Assembly: GCA_963924875.1 (NCBI GenBank) | Contig: CAWUSX010000022.1 | Location: 36,808-100,807, forward strand | From: an uncultured Gammaproteobacteria bacterium | Lineage (GTDB): Bacteria > Pseudomonadota > Gammaproteobacteria > SZUA-229 | Direction of reading: 5' to 3' | Length of the DNA stretch: 64,000 nt | Shown here: positions 9,347 through 20,174 of the stretch, piece by piece | Layout: each line of letters opens with the position of its first letter | Numbering within the stretch: the first letter of the stretch is position 1 | Notes under the pieces: generated by a model | Told to the model about the DNA's origin: nothing | Databases searched by the model: none | Seen by the model: the letters and a program-made list of their open reading frames with translations, nothing else | Position numbers and translations under genes: made by a program

Positions 9347-9621
9347 CAGGTTTAATATTCTAGAGTGAATATAAATAATAACGCAAATATGGGAGGTATA
9401 TTGCTAGAGGCGAAAGATTAATTTAGCACTGCAAGAAAATTGAGTAAAGACATTTATTTTTTTCATTTAATTTGATGATTTATACTGTTTTTTTCTTGAC
9501 CTAATAATCTATATCTTCTATAAATTAAAATGACACTACATAATAAATGGGAGGTAGTTCTGGCAAAAAGATAAGCAATTTTTTATTTCTATTGTTTAAC
9601 TCATTTTTTTAAAGGTGATAT

Positions 9622-10374
9622 ATGGCTAGGAAATCAAGCGCACAAAAAAAAGCATCCAGGCAAACAAGGAAAAGAAGCCCGGATAAGCCCAACGTTGTTG
9701 ATATACGTTCACGTAATTCCTTCCTCGATACACAATCAATTCCCCCGAAAGCCGCTCCTCCTCTCCAAGCCAAAACCCCATCACAAAGCCACTACATTAA
9801 TGCAATTAAATCTCATAAGCTAACCTTTGGAATAGGCCCGGCAGGTACGGGTAAAAGCTATTGTGCAGGCGCTATCGCGGCAGAAGAATTATCGGGCCGA
9901 CGAATTGATAAAATAATTATTAGTCGCCCCGCAGTTGAGGCGGGTGAAAATTTAGGTTTTTTACCGGGCGACTTGCATGAAAAATTTGACCCATACTTTG
10001 ATGCATTTCGTGATTGTTTAAATGAACGATTAGGTAAAGGCGTTGTAGAGTGTGGACTAAAGAATGATCGCATAGTGGTTTCACCGTTGGCGTATTTACG
10101 CGGTAAAACATTTAATGATGCCTTTGTTGTTCTGGATGAAGCGCAAAATTGCACAGTAGCGCAATTAAAAATGTTTTTAACGCGAATTGGTGAAAACTGT
10201 CGTGTGGTTGTTAACGGTGATATCAGGCAATCAGATATAGGCCATAAATCTGGTTTGCAAGATGCGGTTGACAGGTTGGGTCTGCTTGATTCAGTATACG
10301 TTCATCAGTTTGAACGCGAAGATATTGTGCGCAGTGGATTGGTTAAAGAAATTATTGAATGCTATGAGTATTAA
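9622..10374 (+). CDS. phoH: PhoH family ATPase
   Basis: 250 aa with Walker A GPAGTGKS, Walker B VVLDEAQN and GDIRQSD. Basic N-terminal tail. Confidence 0.9.
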   Translation: MARKSSAQKKASRQTRKRSPDKPNVVDIRSRNSFLDTQSIPPKAAPPLQAKTPSQSHYINAIKSHKLTFGIGPAGTGKSYCAGAIAAEELSGRRIDKIIISRPAVEAGENLGFLPGDLHEKFDPYFDAFRDCLNERLGKGVVECGLKNDRIVVSPLAYLRGKTFNDAFVVLDEAQNCTVAQLKMFLTRIGENCRVVVNGDIRQSDIGHKSGLQDAVDRLGLLDSVYVHQFEREDIVRSGLVKEIIECYEY

Positions 10375-10401
10375 ATAATAATAACGATAGAATATGTTTT
10401 T

Positions 10402-10430
10402 ATGGGCGCTTTTGCGCCCATTGTTTTTTT
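10402..10430 (+). terminator. Rho-independent terminator after phoH
   Basis: ATGGGCGC-tttt-GCGCCCAT hairpin followed by TGTTTTTTT. Confidence 0.7.
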
Positions 10431-10462
10431 AGTTTTATAAATAAATTTGATTGTATAGAGTT

Positions 10463-10969
10463 ATGGGAAGATATAGAGCACCCGCGATAAAAGGTTCGCC
10501 GTACATTACGCCTGAAGGTATGCGCGTGCTAGAGGAAGAACTGGATTTTTTATGGAATAAACGACGCCCATTGGTTGTGCAGGCCTTGTCTACGGCAGCA
10601 GCCGAAGGAGATCGCTCGGAGAATGCTGAATATATCTATCGTAAAAAAGAACTGGGTGAGATAGACAGGCGTGTGCGGTTTCTTTCAAAGCGTGTTGATG
10701 AATTAAAAGTAGTTTTTGAAACACCTAAAAATACAGATCAAATATTCTTTGGTGCCTGGATTGAGCTGGAAACGGACGCTGGTACGTTAATTCAATATCG
10801 TCTGGTTGGGCCTGATGAATTTGATGCAGAGAGAGGCTTTATTAGTATGGATTCTCCTGTTGCCAGGGCTTTAATGAAAAAACGTGAAGGAGACGAGGTC
10901 TCTATAGAAACGCCAGGTGGTGTTTTAAATTATTATGTAAATCGCGTGCAATATCAGCCGTTCGGCTAA
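10463..10969 (+). CDS. greB: Transcription elongation factor GreB
   Basis: From the ATG at 10463: ITPEGMRVLEEELDFLW, GDRSENAEYIYRKKELGEIDRRVRFL and FISMDSPVARALMKK align to the E. coli GreB pattern. Confidence 0.9.
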   Translation: MGRYRAPAIKGSPYITPEGMRVLEEELDFLWNKRRPLVVQALSTAAAEGDRSENAEYIYRKKELGEIDRRVRFLSKRVDELKVVFETPKNTDQIFFGAWIELETDAGTLIQYRLVGPDEFDAERGFISMDSPVARALMKKREGDEVSIETPGGVLNYYVNRVQYQPFG

Positions 10970-11061
10970 ACATAGTTAAAGATTTACATGCACTGGACGC
11001 TAATTAAAGGTGAGATACAAAATAAATAACTAACCCTTAAAAGTCAGCCCATAGATTAGCC

Positions 11062-11916
11062 ATGCTCCGATTGATCGCATTTATACTTTGTTGTAGCTCG
11101 TCATTTAGCCTGTATGCCGTACAGCGTTATCAATCGACTGTAGATTCCTCTGTGTGGAATGTGAGTAGCAGTCCCATCTTTTGTGAAATGGTGCACCCCA
11201 TTGATAGCTTTGGCAGTGGGCGGTTTACGTATTCTTCGGGAGGCGAGCTGGCCTTTCAGCTTCAGGTGCTGCAGGCGGCCACGCCAATTAATAATGTTGC
11301 GAATCTCTACTCGGTATCTCCTTTTTGGCGTGAACCTCAACAACGAGAGCTTGCTCAGATAGCCATATCCAAAGGTAGAGTGCCTATCTATATAGGTGGT
11401 GATTTAGCTAAACGTATGTTGCATGAGCTAGAGGCGGGGCGGCACCCAACGCTGCACTATAAGGACTTAACGAGTTACGAAGATGACGTTGTTGTTGCCT
11501 TGTCATCGGCAAATTTTCATCAGAAATTTAGTATGTTTCAGCAATGTATCAGTGAGGCTTTGCCCTATGGCATTGATCAACTGAAGGATACGGTCGTCAA
11601 TTTTGCAAAAAATAAATCTAATTTGAATGATGCACAGCTAGAAAAGCTTAAAGATATCGTCCTGTTTGCGAGCATTGATAAAAACATGCAAATTGAAGTG
11701 CATGGTCATACCGACTCACAAGGTCGTCGAATCTATAATAAGAAGTTGTCCCAGCGACGTGCGAGAACCGTTGAAAAGTACCTTTTAGCAAAGGGTGTGT
11801 CTGTAGATCAAATATCACGTCACTTCTATGGGGAGTCAAAGCCTGTAGATTCGAATAAAACTAAAGCAGGTCGCGCCAATAATCGTCGAGTAAATGTTTT
11901 AATCAATTTAGAATAA
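11062..11916 (+). CDS. motY: Flagellar stator-associated protein MotY (MotY N-domain plus OmpA-like C-domain)
   Basis: Signal peptide. N-domain pattern SVWNVSSSPIFCEMVHPIDSFGSGRF and VVVALSSANFHQKFSMFQQCISEALPY resembles Vibrio MotY as I recall it. C-terminal OmpA-like motif HGHTDSQG...LSQRRA...NRRV. It sits next to argG, as in Pseudomonas. Confidence 0.75.
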   Translation: MLRLIAFILCCSSSFSLYAVQRYQSTVDSSVWNVSSSPIFCEMVHPIDSFGSGRFTYSSGGELAFQLQVLQAATPINNVANLYSVSPFWREPQQRELAQIAISKGRVPIYIGGDLAKRMLHELEAGRHPTLHYKDLTSYEDDVVVALSSANFHQKFSMFQQCISEALPYGIDQLKDTVVNFAKNKSNLNDAQLEKLKDIVLFASIDKNMQIEVHGHTDSQGRRIYNKKLSQRRARTVEKYLLAKGVSVDQISRHFYGESKPVDSNKTKAGRANNRRVNVLINLE

Positions 11917-11990
11917 GCCTTAATACAGGACACACCAGCCTGGCTCCGGTATAATATCTGCCCCAGATTATAGTTAGTTGCGGAGCATAC

Positions 11991-13205
11991 ATGTCGAAGG
12001 TCAATAAAGTCGTTTTAGCCTACTCAGGTGGTTTGGATACATCCATTATTCTTAAGTGGCTGGAAGATACCTATGGCTGTGAAGTCGTTACTTTTACAGC
12101 GGATATTGGCCAGGGCGAAGAAGTAGAACCAGCGCGTGCTAAAGCACAGGCGATGGGTATCAAAGAAATCTACATTGAAGACCTGCGTGAAGAGTTTGTT
12201 CGTGACTACGTATTCCCTATGTTTCGCGCTAATGCCATTTATGAAGGTGAGTACCTGTTAGGTACCTCTATAGCGCGTCCTTTGATCGCCAAACGGCTGA
12301 TTGAAATTGCCAATGAGACGGGTGCAGATGCTATTTCACACGGCGCGACAGGTAAAGGCAATGATCAGGTGCGTTTTGAGTTAGGTGCCTATGCGCTTAA
12401 GCCTGGTGTACAGGTGATAGCTCCCTGGCGTGAGTGGGACCTTAGTTCACGAGAGTCACTAATGGCTTATGCTGAAAAGCATGGCATTGAAGTCGATTTT
12501 GCTAAAAACAAAAAGAAGTCACCCTATTCAATGGATGCCAACTTGCTGCACATCTCTTATGAGGGTGACATTCTGGAAGATCCGTGGGCAGAAGCCGAAG
12601 ATGATATGTGGCGTTGGTCCGTATCACCTGAAAATGCACCGGATAAGGCGACCTATCTAGAACTTACTTATGAAAAAGGCGATATCGTGGCAATTGATGG
12701 TGTGAAGATGACACCAGCAACCGTACTTGAAGCACTGAATAAATTAGGTGGCGATAACGGTGTAGGGCGCTTAGATATTGTAGAAAATCGCTACGTCGGA
12801 ATGAAATCTCGTGGTTGTTATGAAACACCAGGTGGCACCATTATGATGAAGGCGCATCGTGCTATTGAATCACTCACCTTAGATCGCGAAGTGGCACATC
12901 TTAAAGACTCACTCATGCCTAAGTATGCAGAAATGATATACAACGGTTATTGGTGGAGCCCGGAGCGTGAGATGATGCAGAAGATGATTGATGCATCTCA
13001 GGAGCATGTAAATGGTGATGTTCGTCTTAAGTTGTATAAAGGCGCGGTATCTGTTGTCGGTCGTCGTTCAGAAACTGATTCGTTATTTGATGAAAAGATT
13101 GCAACTTTCGAAGATGATGGCGGCGCATACGATCAGAAAGATGCTGCAGGTTTTATTAAATTGAATGCATTACGTTTGCGTATTGCGGCTAAACGTAATA
13201 AGTAA
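11991..13205 (+). CDS. argG: Argininosuccinate synthase
   Basis: 404 aa with [24 protein letters not shown] and [19 protein letters not shown]. Confidence 0.97.
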   Translation: MSKVNKVVLAYSGGLDTSIILKWLEDTYGCEVVTFTADIGQGEEVEPARAKAQAMGIKEIYIEDLREEFVRDYVFPMFRANAIYEGEYLLGTSIARPLIAKRLIEIANETGADAISHGATGKGNDQVRFELGAYALKPGVQVIAPWREWDLSSRESLMAYAEKHGIEVDFAKNKKKSPYSMDANLLHISYEGDILEDPWAEAEDDMWRWSVSPENAPDKATYLELTYEKGDIVAIDGVKMTPATVLEALNKLGGDNGVGRLDIVENRYVGMKSRGCYETPGGTIMMKAHRAIESLTLDREVAHLKDSLMPKYAEMIYNGYWWSPEREMMQKMIDASQEHVNGDVRLKLYKGAVSVVGRRSETDSLFDEKIATFEDDGGAYDQKDAAGFIKLNALRLRIAAKRNK

Positions 13206-13221
13206 TCAATGAGTAGATTAT

Positions 13222-13260
13222 TAAAAAGCCGTTCAAGCACACATTGAACGGCTTTTTTTT
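13222..13260 (+). terminator. Rho-independent terminator after argG
   Basis: GCCGTTCAA-gcacaca-TTGAACGGC hairpin, with an A-tract before it and a long T-run after it. Confidence 0.8.
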
Positions 13261-13308
13261 GCTTAGGATTAAGTGAATACAAACTATTTTGTAAATTTTC
13301 TTTAATTT

Positions 13309-15342
13309 GTGCGGAATGAAATTTTGAAACTAAATATAACCACTGAAAGACATCCTGTTATATCGTTACTGAAATTATGCCTGTTGTTTAGTGTTATTTC
13401 TCTGCTTATATTAAGTCTTACGCGATTAGGCGTGTTGGCCTTTATTGTGGATATGAAAAATATTCATGATAATGAGTTGGTTAATTTATTATTGCTTGGT
13501 TTGCGTTTCGACGTAAAAGTAATTTGCAGCATTTTAATTGTGATTTTGTGCGTGCCGGCATTGGTTTTTTCAGTGATTGACAGATGGTACTTATTTGCTC
13601 ATTGGGCCAAATTGTCATTACTCGCAATGATTGTTTTTATTACGTTGTTAAGTTTTTTAGATTTTGGCTTTTATATGTATTTCGGCACACCGATAGATAG
13701 CCTGGTGTTCGGGATTATTGATGATGGAACGTCAGAAGTTGTCAGTAGTATTTTTAGCGATAAACGGTTAATACAGATTATAGGTTTAAGCTTTGTTAGT
13801 ATGATATTTTTTAGTTACTGGTTTGTTTCTAAAATATCGCTATCAATTGCACGAGTGCATTCTTATCGCTCACGTTTTAAAAATATACTGCTAATATTGC
13901 TTATTAGTTTTCTAATGGCTGTTCCTGCGCGAGGTAGTTTTGATACCTTCCCATTGTCCAGAATAAGTGCCAGCGTTAGTGATAATAGTATCGTTAACTC
14001 ATTGGCTTTAAATGCGCCTTTACATTTATATTACACATTATCAGATCGTGAAAATGATAGCTTTGGTAAGCTAAGTAGTCAGCAAGTATTAGCTGAAAGT
14101 GGAATGACGTCGGTGCGTGAGCTAACTCATGAGGCCGGTTACTCGAATAAAAATTCATATAAGCAACACACATCAAAGAAGCCAGAAGACTTTCAAAGGC
14201 TGCATGTTATTTTTGTGTTAATGGAAAGCTGGTCTACTCATATGGCAATAATGGATGCCCCAGATAATAATGTTTTAGGTGATTTTTCAAAACATGTTAA
14301 AGAAGATCATTTTTTCCCGTATTTTTTCTCCAATGCTTATGGTACTAATCCAAGCATAGACAGTTTGTTACTGAATAGCCCCATAACACCTATGTCGACC
14401 GCATCTGTGGGAGACTTTTCATTTTCAATGTCAAATGTTTTGCCATTTAAACAGCAGGGTTACGATACGTTATTTTTAAGTGGTAGTAGCAGTACCTGAC
14501 GTAATCATAATAATTTCTGGCCGAAGCAGGGATTTGATCGATATCTTGGGCGTGCAACAATAGAATCGCATTTTGGTGTTAATTCAGATAATCCATGGGG
14601 TGTATATGAATCTTACTTATTTGATTACTTGAAAAAAACACGGCTTGAAGCTGAGGCGACATCTAAACCGTTATTCTCTTTTGTAATGACCACGAACAAT
14701 CATCCGCCCATACGACTGCCAGAAGATTACCAGGCACCGCCGTTTAAAATGGAAAAATATGGTTTTGCAGATGAAGATATAAATAAACGTGAGATATTGT
14801 CAGGCTTTCATTACCAGACCAATACACTGGGTGAGTTTTTAAGCTGGTTAAAGCAGTCGCCATTAAAAGACAAGGTGATTGTGGTGGCTACAGGGGGTCA
14901 TATTTATAAGGGATTTGTGAATTATACCGGACCTGATATGGCCTATTTACGTTATTCGGTACCGGCTTATTTTTATATACCCAAGCGTTATGACAGTCTG
15001 CAATCGGTTAGCTCACAAATGGTAGGTTCACACGAAGATCTATTCCCTACCTTATATGAACTGGCGCTTTCAGAGGGTGAATATATGGCATTCGGCACAC
15101 CAATGATGCGTAAAAATATTACTAGTGCGTATGGCTGGATTGATCAGGGTGGTTATTTATTTAATACCGGCGTTGTAATGGGGCAGCGCTTTTATCCGTG
15201 GCAAGATGATACAAAAATTAAATTAAGTTTGCAGGATGAAGAGATGTCAGCTGAACAGAAAACAATTTTTCAGCGACAAAAATATAGGATGTTACTAAAA
15301 AAATACCTGCTAGTGAATGACTTTGAGCAGGCAGCCAGATAA
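13309..15342 (+). pseudogene. Membrane-anchored sulfatase, LTA-synthase / phosphoglycerol-transferase family, interrupted by a single in-frame TGA (14497-14499)
   Basis: ORFs 13309-14499 and 14629-15342 are in the same frame. The 43 codons between them are stop-free and read RNHNNFWPKQGFDRYLGRATIESHFGVNSDNPWGVYESYLFDY. The N-terminus has multiple hydrophobic helices, followed by the sulfatase-type HVIFVLMESWS. Confidence 0.75.
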
Positions 15343-15368
15343 TGGCTGCCCGTCAGTCGGATAGTGTA

Positions 15369-16838
15369 TTACAGGAACGACAATATCTCTGCTTCAATAT
15401 TTTCTTTATCAATAATGGTTGCCTGAGAAATTTCTTTTTCAAACAAATCGCTAATCACCTTTGGAATTTTAATATTGGCTTTTTGCGCAATTGATTTCAA
15501 TGCATCTATATCGTGTGCATCTACTTCACCGGTTAGTGCATTGGCAATGATGGGTGAAAACTTTGTCCATTCCGCTGTTGAGTAGACAATCGTTTTCAAT
15601 GCCTTATTACGACAAGTGTCGTAAGTTTTAAAACAGGTGGCGGTATGCGGGTCCATTAAGTAGCCCTTGGAAAACGCTTCTTTAATGTACTTTTTACCCT
15701 CGGCATCATCGCAATAATCTGCCGCAAATATACTTTGTATTTTTGCTAGTTCCTTTTCTGTTAATTGATAATATTTTTCTGTATCTAGTTTGAGCATTAA
15801 TTCTTTGGTACGCGCTTCACCAAATAAATCGAATAATATACGTTCAATATTTGATGACTTTAAAATATCCATCGCTGGAGAGGTTGTTGGGATAACAGCT
15901 TTTTCTCTCAAATCATAAGATCCGTTATTTATGAATTGCGTGAGTATATTGTTGTTGTTTGATGCGATGAGTATTTTTTCAACCGGGAGTCCCATTTGCA
16001 TTGCGTAGTAACCACCTAATGCATTTCCAAAGTTACCGCTTGGTACATTTAAGTATACTTTTTCACCGAGTGTAATTTCATTTTGGCGAATCAGTTCCAG
16101 GTAAGAATGTACATGGTAAATTGTTTGAAAAATAATACGTCCAAAATTGACAGAGTTGGCGGCTGAGAGAAAAATATTTTTTTCCTGTAGCTTTTGCTTG
16201 AAGGTCTCTGAACCCAATAACTGTTTGAGAGCACTTTGAGCGTCATCAAAGTCACCATGAATACCGATAACTTTTAAATTAGCTGCATCTTCGGTGACCA
16301 TTTGTAGGCGTTGTACATCTGATGTTCCGCCATCAGGGTATAAGCAGGCGACTTGTACATTGGCGCGGTTTTTAAATGTCTCCAGTGCGGCGGGGCCAGT
16401 GTCACCAGATGTGGCAGCAAGTATGAGATAATTTTCATTGCGTTGTTGTGCCAGTGCAGACAATACGGCTCCAAATGGTTGTAATGCCATGTCTTTAAAT
16501 GCTCGGGTCGGACCGTGGTATAGCTCGCTGACAAATAAATCATCATAAACTTTTACAACGGGGACGGGGTTACTACTGTCATCGAATTCGTCATACAGGT
16601 TAAGTGCCTGTTCAATTACCGCCTGATCAATATCAATTTCAAAAGCCGCGAGTATGTCTCGAGCCAGACTTTTGTAATCTGCTTTTAAGTGATCGGCTAA
16701 AAAATCGGCACCTAACTTAGGTAATGATTCAGGTGAGTAGATGCCACCAAAGGAAGAAATTGGGCTTAAAATAGCTTCGGAGAAGTTGATTTTTGCTGGG
16801 CGCTGGCCATCATTGCCACGGGTTTCGATAAATTGCAT
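15369..16838 (-). CDS. thrC: Threonine synthase (long form)
   Basis: 489 aa with the PLP-lysine motif GPTRAFKDMALQ and ATSGDTGPAA. Confidence 0.93.
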   Translation of the reverse strand: MQFIETRGNDGQRPAKINFSEAILSPISSFGGIYSPESLPKLGADFLADHLKADYKSLARDILAAFEIDIDQAVIEQALNLYDEFDDSSNPVPVVKVYDDLFVSELYHGPTRAFKDMALQPFGAVLSALAQQRNENYLILAATSGDTGPAALETFKNRANVQVACLYPDGGTSDVQRLQMVTEDAANLKVIGIHGDFDDAQSALKQLLGSETFKQKLQEKNIFLSAANSVNFGRIIFQTIYHVHSYLELIRQNEITLGEKVYLNVPSGNFGNALGGYYAMQMGLPVEKILIASNNNNILTQFINNGSYDLREKAVIPTTSPAMDILKSSNIERILFDLFGEARTKELMLKLDTEKYYQLTEKELAKIQSIFAADYCDDAEGKKYIKEAFSKGYLMDPHTATCFKTYDTCRNKALKTIVYSTAEWTKFSPIIANALTGEVDAHDIDALKSIAQKANIKIPKVISDLFEKEISQATIIDKENIEAEILSFL

Positions 16839-16905
16839 ATGCCTGACTGTACTTTATGATTACCTAAGAAAGGCGCAAGTATATCGAAGATATGCTTTTA
16901 TTTCA

Positions 16906-18267
16906 TTAAAGCAAAAAGACGGTTGCGAGCCCCAAAAAGGCAGCGAGGCCTACTATGTCAGTGATGGTGGTAAGAATCACACTGCCAGCAATGGCGGGGT
17001 CTATACGAAATTTTTTCAGCAAAACAGGAATGACTACCCCTGAAGCGGCGGCAAATACCAGATTGATAATAAGTGCCGCGGCTATAACCAGGCCAACGGA
17101 AAAGTCCTTGAACCATAATGTTGCAATACCAGCAACCACTATCGCCCAGACAACGCCGTTTAAGAGGCCTACCACGACCTCCTTGTTGAATACCCAACGC
17201 CGATTGCTGCGACTAAGTTGCCCCAGGGCCATACTACGAATTACAAGTGTAATGGTCTGGCTACCTGCAATGCCGCCCATGCTCGCGACCACATTCATTA
17301 AAATGGCGACAGAGACTACCTTTTCCAATGTGGTTTCAAAGTTGCTAACTACCCATGAAGCTAGAAAAGCCGTAATTAAGTTAATGCCTAGCCAAATTGC
17401 ACGACGATTAGCGCTGGGTAATACAGGCGCGAACAGATCTTCTTCATCATTCAAACCCGCCATACTTAGTACAGAGTGATCGGCTTCTTCACGAATAACA
17501 TCGACAACATCATCAATGGTGATGCGGCCTAGCAGCATATTGCGGCTATCGACAACGGGAGCAGAGATGAGGTCTAAATCTTCGAAAATTTTCGCAACGT
17601 CATTATCTTCCATATCTGAAGGAAGGGCATCTACCCGGTCATTCATTATTTCAGCTACGGTGCTGTCTGGTTGATTAATGAGTAGTTTGGATAATGGCAA
17701 AATACCTAAATAATGGTTTTCCCTGTCAACCACAATTAAGTGATCCGTGTGATTTGGGATATCGCCGAGTAGTCTTAAATAGCGCAACACCACGTCCAGC
17801 GTAACTTCCGGGCGTACAGTTATGGTGTCGGTATTCATCATACCGCCGGCACTGTCTTCCGGGAATGATAATACTGATTCCAGCAGCTTACGGTGCTGGC
17901 TATCTAATGAATGTAATACCTGATCTATAACTGTATCGGGCAGTGATTGAACAAAATCGGCGGAGTCATCAACCTCTAAACCTTCGGCAACCTGTACCAG
18001 CTGCTGGGGTGACATATCTTTGATGAGGCTTTGACGAATTTCATCGCCGAGGTTCATTAACACCTCTGCCTCAGTGTCTTTTGAGACCAGAGACCAGATA
18101 ACAAATCGCTCACGTGGTGGCAGTGATTCTATAAGATGCGCAATTTCCGCGGGATGCAGAGCATTCAACATACCTTCTGCATGTTGCAGGGTGCCCGATT
18201 CTAATGCTTCAGATAAAGCTAGAATTTGTTGTTCTGTTTTTTCTGCGATGTCGTTGCTGTCTACCAT
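16906..18267 (-). CDS. mgtE: Magnesium transporter MgtE
   Basis: 453 aa with the MgtE N-domain, a CBS pair, and the C-terminal membrane domain (PALASSxx-like SMGGIAGSQT; DPAIAGSVILTTITDIVG). Confidence 0.95.
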   Translation of the reverse strand: MVDSNDIAEKTEQQILALSEALESGTLQHAEGMLNALHPAEIAHLIESLPPRERFVIWSLVSKDTEAEVLMNLGDEIRQSLIKDMSPQQLVQVAEGLEVDDSADFVQSLPDTVIDQVLHSLDSQHRKLLESVLSFPEDSAGGMMNTDTITVRPEVTLDVVLRYLRLLGDIPNHTDHLIVVDRENHYLGILPLSKLLINQPDSTVAEIMNDRVDALPSDMEDNDVAKIFEDLDLISAPVVDSRNMLLGRITIDDVVDVIREEADHSVLSMAGLNDEEDLFAPVLPSANRRAIWLGINLITAFLASWVVSNFETTLEKVVSVAILMNVVASMGGIAGSQTITLVIRSMALGQLSRSNRRWVFNKEVVVGLLNGVVWAIVVAGIATLWFKDFSVGLVIAAALIINLVFAAASGVVIPVLLKKFRIDPAIAGSVILTTITDIVGLAAFLGLATVFLL

Positions 18268-18370
18268 GGATAGGCCCGATTCATGGTTATGAATTTATTT
18301 GGAGTTTATAGAAATTTTGAATTGAAGTGTAGCTTAACAAGCAGCCTTAAGTGCATGTTTTATAAAGTTG

Positions 18371-20122
18371 TTAACTAAATTTACGATTTAGTTCATCCAC
18401 AGCCTGTTTAATTTGATCGGGGTGGGAGAGGTTTAATATCTTTTCGCTCTCACAGCGCAGCAGCTCAATCCGACTGCTATTAATGATGCGCTTAATATCG
18501 AGCAGGCTGTTTGCCTGCACGCTGAAGTTTGTTAAGCCCATGCCGAGTAGTAGTCGGGTGTATTGAGTATCGGAGGCCATCTCACCGCACATCGAGATAT
18601 TCACATTACCGGCTTCACCGGCATTTAGTGTCATTTTAATGAGTTTAAGTACAGCAGGATGTAATGGGTTGTATAAGTAACTCACTTCATCATCAATACG
18701 GTCAAACGCTAGAGTGTACTGAATAAGGTCATTGGTACCGATAGATAAAAAATCTAGCCTGCTCGCCAGACAATCTGCAGCTAATGCGGCAGCCGGAACT
18801 TCAATCATCGCACCAATTTTTATGTGTTCATCAAAACGCAGGTGGCGTGCTTTTAGTTCTGCTTTGGCCTGCTCTACCAGTTTCATTACCTGGTCAATCT
18901 CGGACACACAGGTAACCATAGGAATCATCATTAATACAGGGCCATACCCGGAGGTGCGCAAGATGGCTCTAAGCTGATTTAAAAATAGCTCAGGGTCTTT
19001 GAGGCAGCGCCGAACCGCGCGCAGTCCTAATGCAGGGTTATGTATTAAGGGGCCATGTTGTAAGCTATCACTTAGTTCTTTATCGGCACCTAAATCCATT
19101 GTGCGAATGGTTAAGGGGTGACCTTTCAGAGAGCGTAGAGCGCGTTTGTAATTATTAAACTGGGCCTCTTCACTGGGAATTTCATTGTGCTCAATAAAGA
19201 GGATTTCAGTTCTGTATAAGCCAACGCCGGTATGGTCAAACTGACGCAATGTACGTACGTCTTCGGGGCGATCTATATTGCCATGTAAAGAAATTTTTAA
19301 GCCATCTAAAGTTTGGCTGGATTTATTTTTCAGGTCAAATAAGTTTTTGCGGCGTTGACGCTCATTGCGAATTAAACTTCTAAAATGAGTTAGGTCTTTC
19401 TTCGGTGGATTAATGTGTATTTCGCCAGTACTACCATCTAGTACTAACCATTCATTAGCCTGCACATATTGCTTGGCATTGCTAACACCTACAATGGCTG
19501 GAATGCCCAGGCTACGCGCAAGGATTGCGGTGTGTGAAAGCGGGCCGCCGTATTCGGTAATAAAGCCAGCAATTTTTTGATGCTGCATTAACAGTGTGTC
19601 AGCAGGTGTTAAGTCATCAGCGACTATAATTCGACCCTTTAAACTAGAATCCAGCTTGTCATCTGTATGATGGCTTGCTGATCCATTTATTAAACAACGT
19701 TGTATCCGATCCGCAACATGCGTGATGTCATCTTTACGTGTTTTTAAATAAGGGTCGTCCATTTCATCAAATACTTTTATGATGCGTTCAACCTGTGCCT
19801 GTAAAGCCCACTCGGCATTGCATAAACGAGCGTGTATATGGCTGACCGTGTCTTCGTAAAGAACCGGATCATTAAGCATTAATAAGTGAGTATCAATGAA
19901 TTGTGTAATGTCGTGAGGTGTGTCTTGCGCAATGGTGTTTTTAATATTTTTTAATTGAAGCTGGGCTTCTTCACATGCCTTTTCAAAACGGCTTATTTCT
20001 TTTGCAGTGTCAAATTTTGAAATGGAGTATTCTAAAACTTCAGGCAGCTCACGGTAGTATACATAGGCTTGTCCTATGCATATCCCTTTGGAAACGGCGA
20101 TACCTTTTAGTGCTGCAGGCAT
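18371..20122 (-). CDS. ptsI: Phosphoenolpyruvate-protein phosphotransferase (PTS Enzyme I, short form without GAF domain)
   Basis: GGPLSHTAILARSLGIPAIVG (phospho-His region), GLYRTEILF and FLSIGTNDLIQYTLA. ATG at 20122 is preferred over the TTG at 20134. Confidence 0.9.
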   Translation of the reverse strand: MPAALKGIAVSKGICIGQAYVYYRELPEVLEYSISKFDTAKEISRFEKACEEAQLQLKNIKNTIAQDTPHDITQFIDTHLLMLNDPVLYEDTVSHIHARLCNAEWALQAQVERIIKVFDEMDDPYLKTRKDDITHVADRIQRCLINGSASHHTDDKLDSSLKGRIIVADDLTPADTLLMQHQKIAGFITEYGGPLSHTAILARSLGIPAIVGVSNAKQYVQANEWLVLDGSTGEIHINPPKKDLTHFRSLIRNERQRRKNLFDLKNKSSQTLDGLKISLHGNIDRPEDVRTLRQFDHTGVGLYRTEILFIEHNEIPSEEAQFNNYKRALRSLKGHPLTIRTMDLGADKELSDSLQHGPLIHNPALGLRAVRRCLKDPELFLNQLRAILRTSGYGPVLMMIPMVTCVSEIDQVMKLVEQAKAELKARHLRFDEHIKIGAMIEVPAAALAADCLASRLDFLSIGTNDLIQYTLAFDRIDDEVSYLYNPLHPAVLKLIKMTLNAGEAGNVNISMCGEMASDTQYTRLLLGMGLTNFSVQANSLLDIKRIINSSRIELLRCESEKILNLSHPDQIKQAVDELNRKFS

Positions 20123-20174
20123 TTTGTATTCCAACGCATTGTAAGTCTTAAAAGATATTTATTTTGATACATTA

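Noticed and set aside
9347-9621. Pho box upstream of phoH
   Set aside because: I could not find a convincing tandem CTGTCAT-type repeat, only fragments (ACTGTTTTTTTCTTGAC).
14497-14499. TGA as selenocysteine or Trp recoding in the sulfatase gene
   Set aside because: TGA terminates several well-defined genes in the window (rsmH, murD, murG, EIIA), so a TGA=Trp code is excluded. The family is not known to me as a selenoprotein and I saw no obvious hairpin immediately downstream. A simple TGG to TGA change is more parsimonious.
16955-17479. 174-aa plus-strand ORF, plus other antisense ORFs (for example 29270-29686, 28865-29191, 30432-31084)
   Set aside because: All are antisense shadows of well-supported genes (mgtE, yrbG, mlaF). 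Their composition is biased and no family is recognisable.
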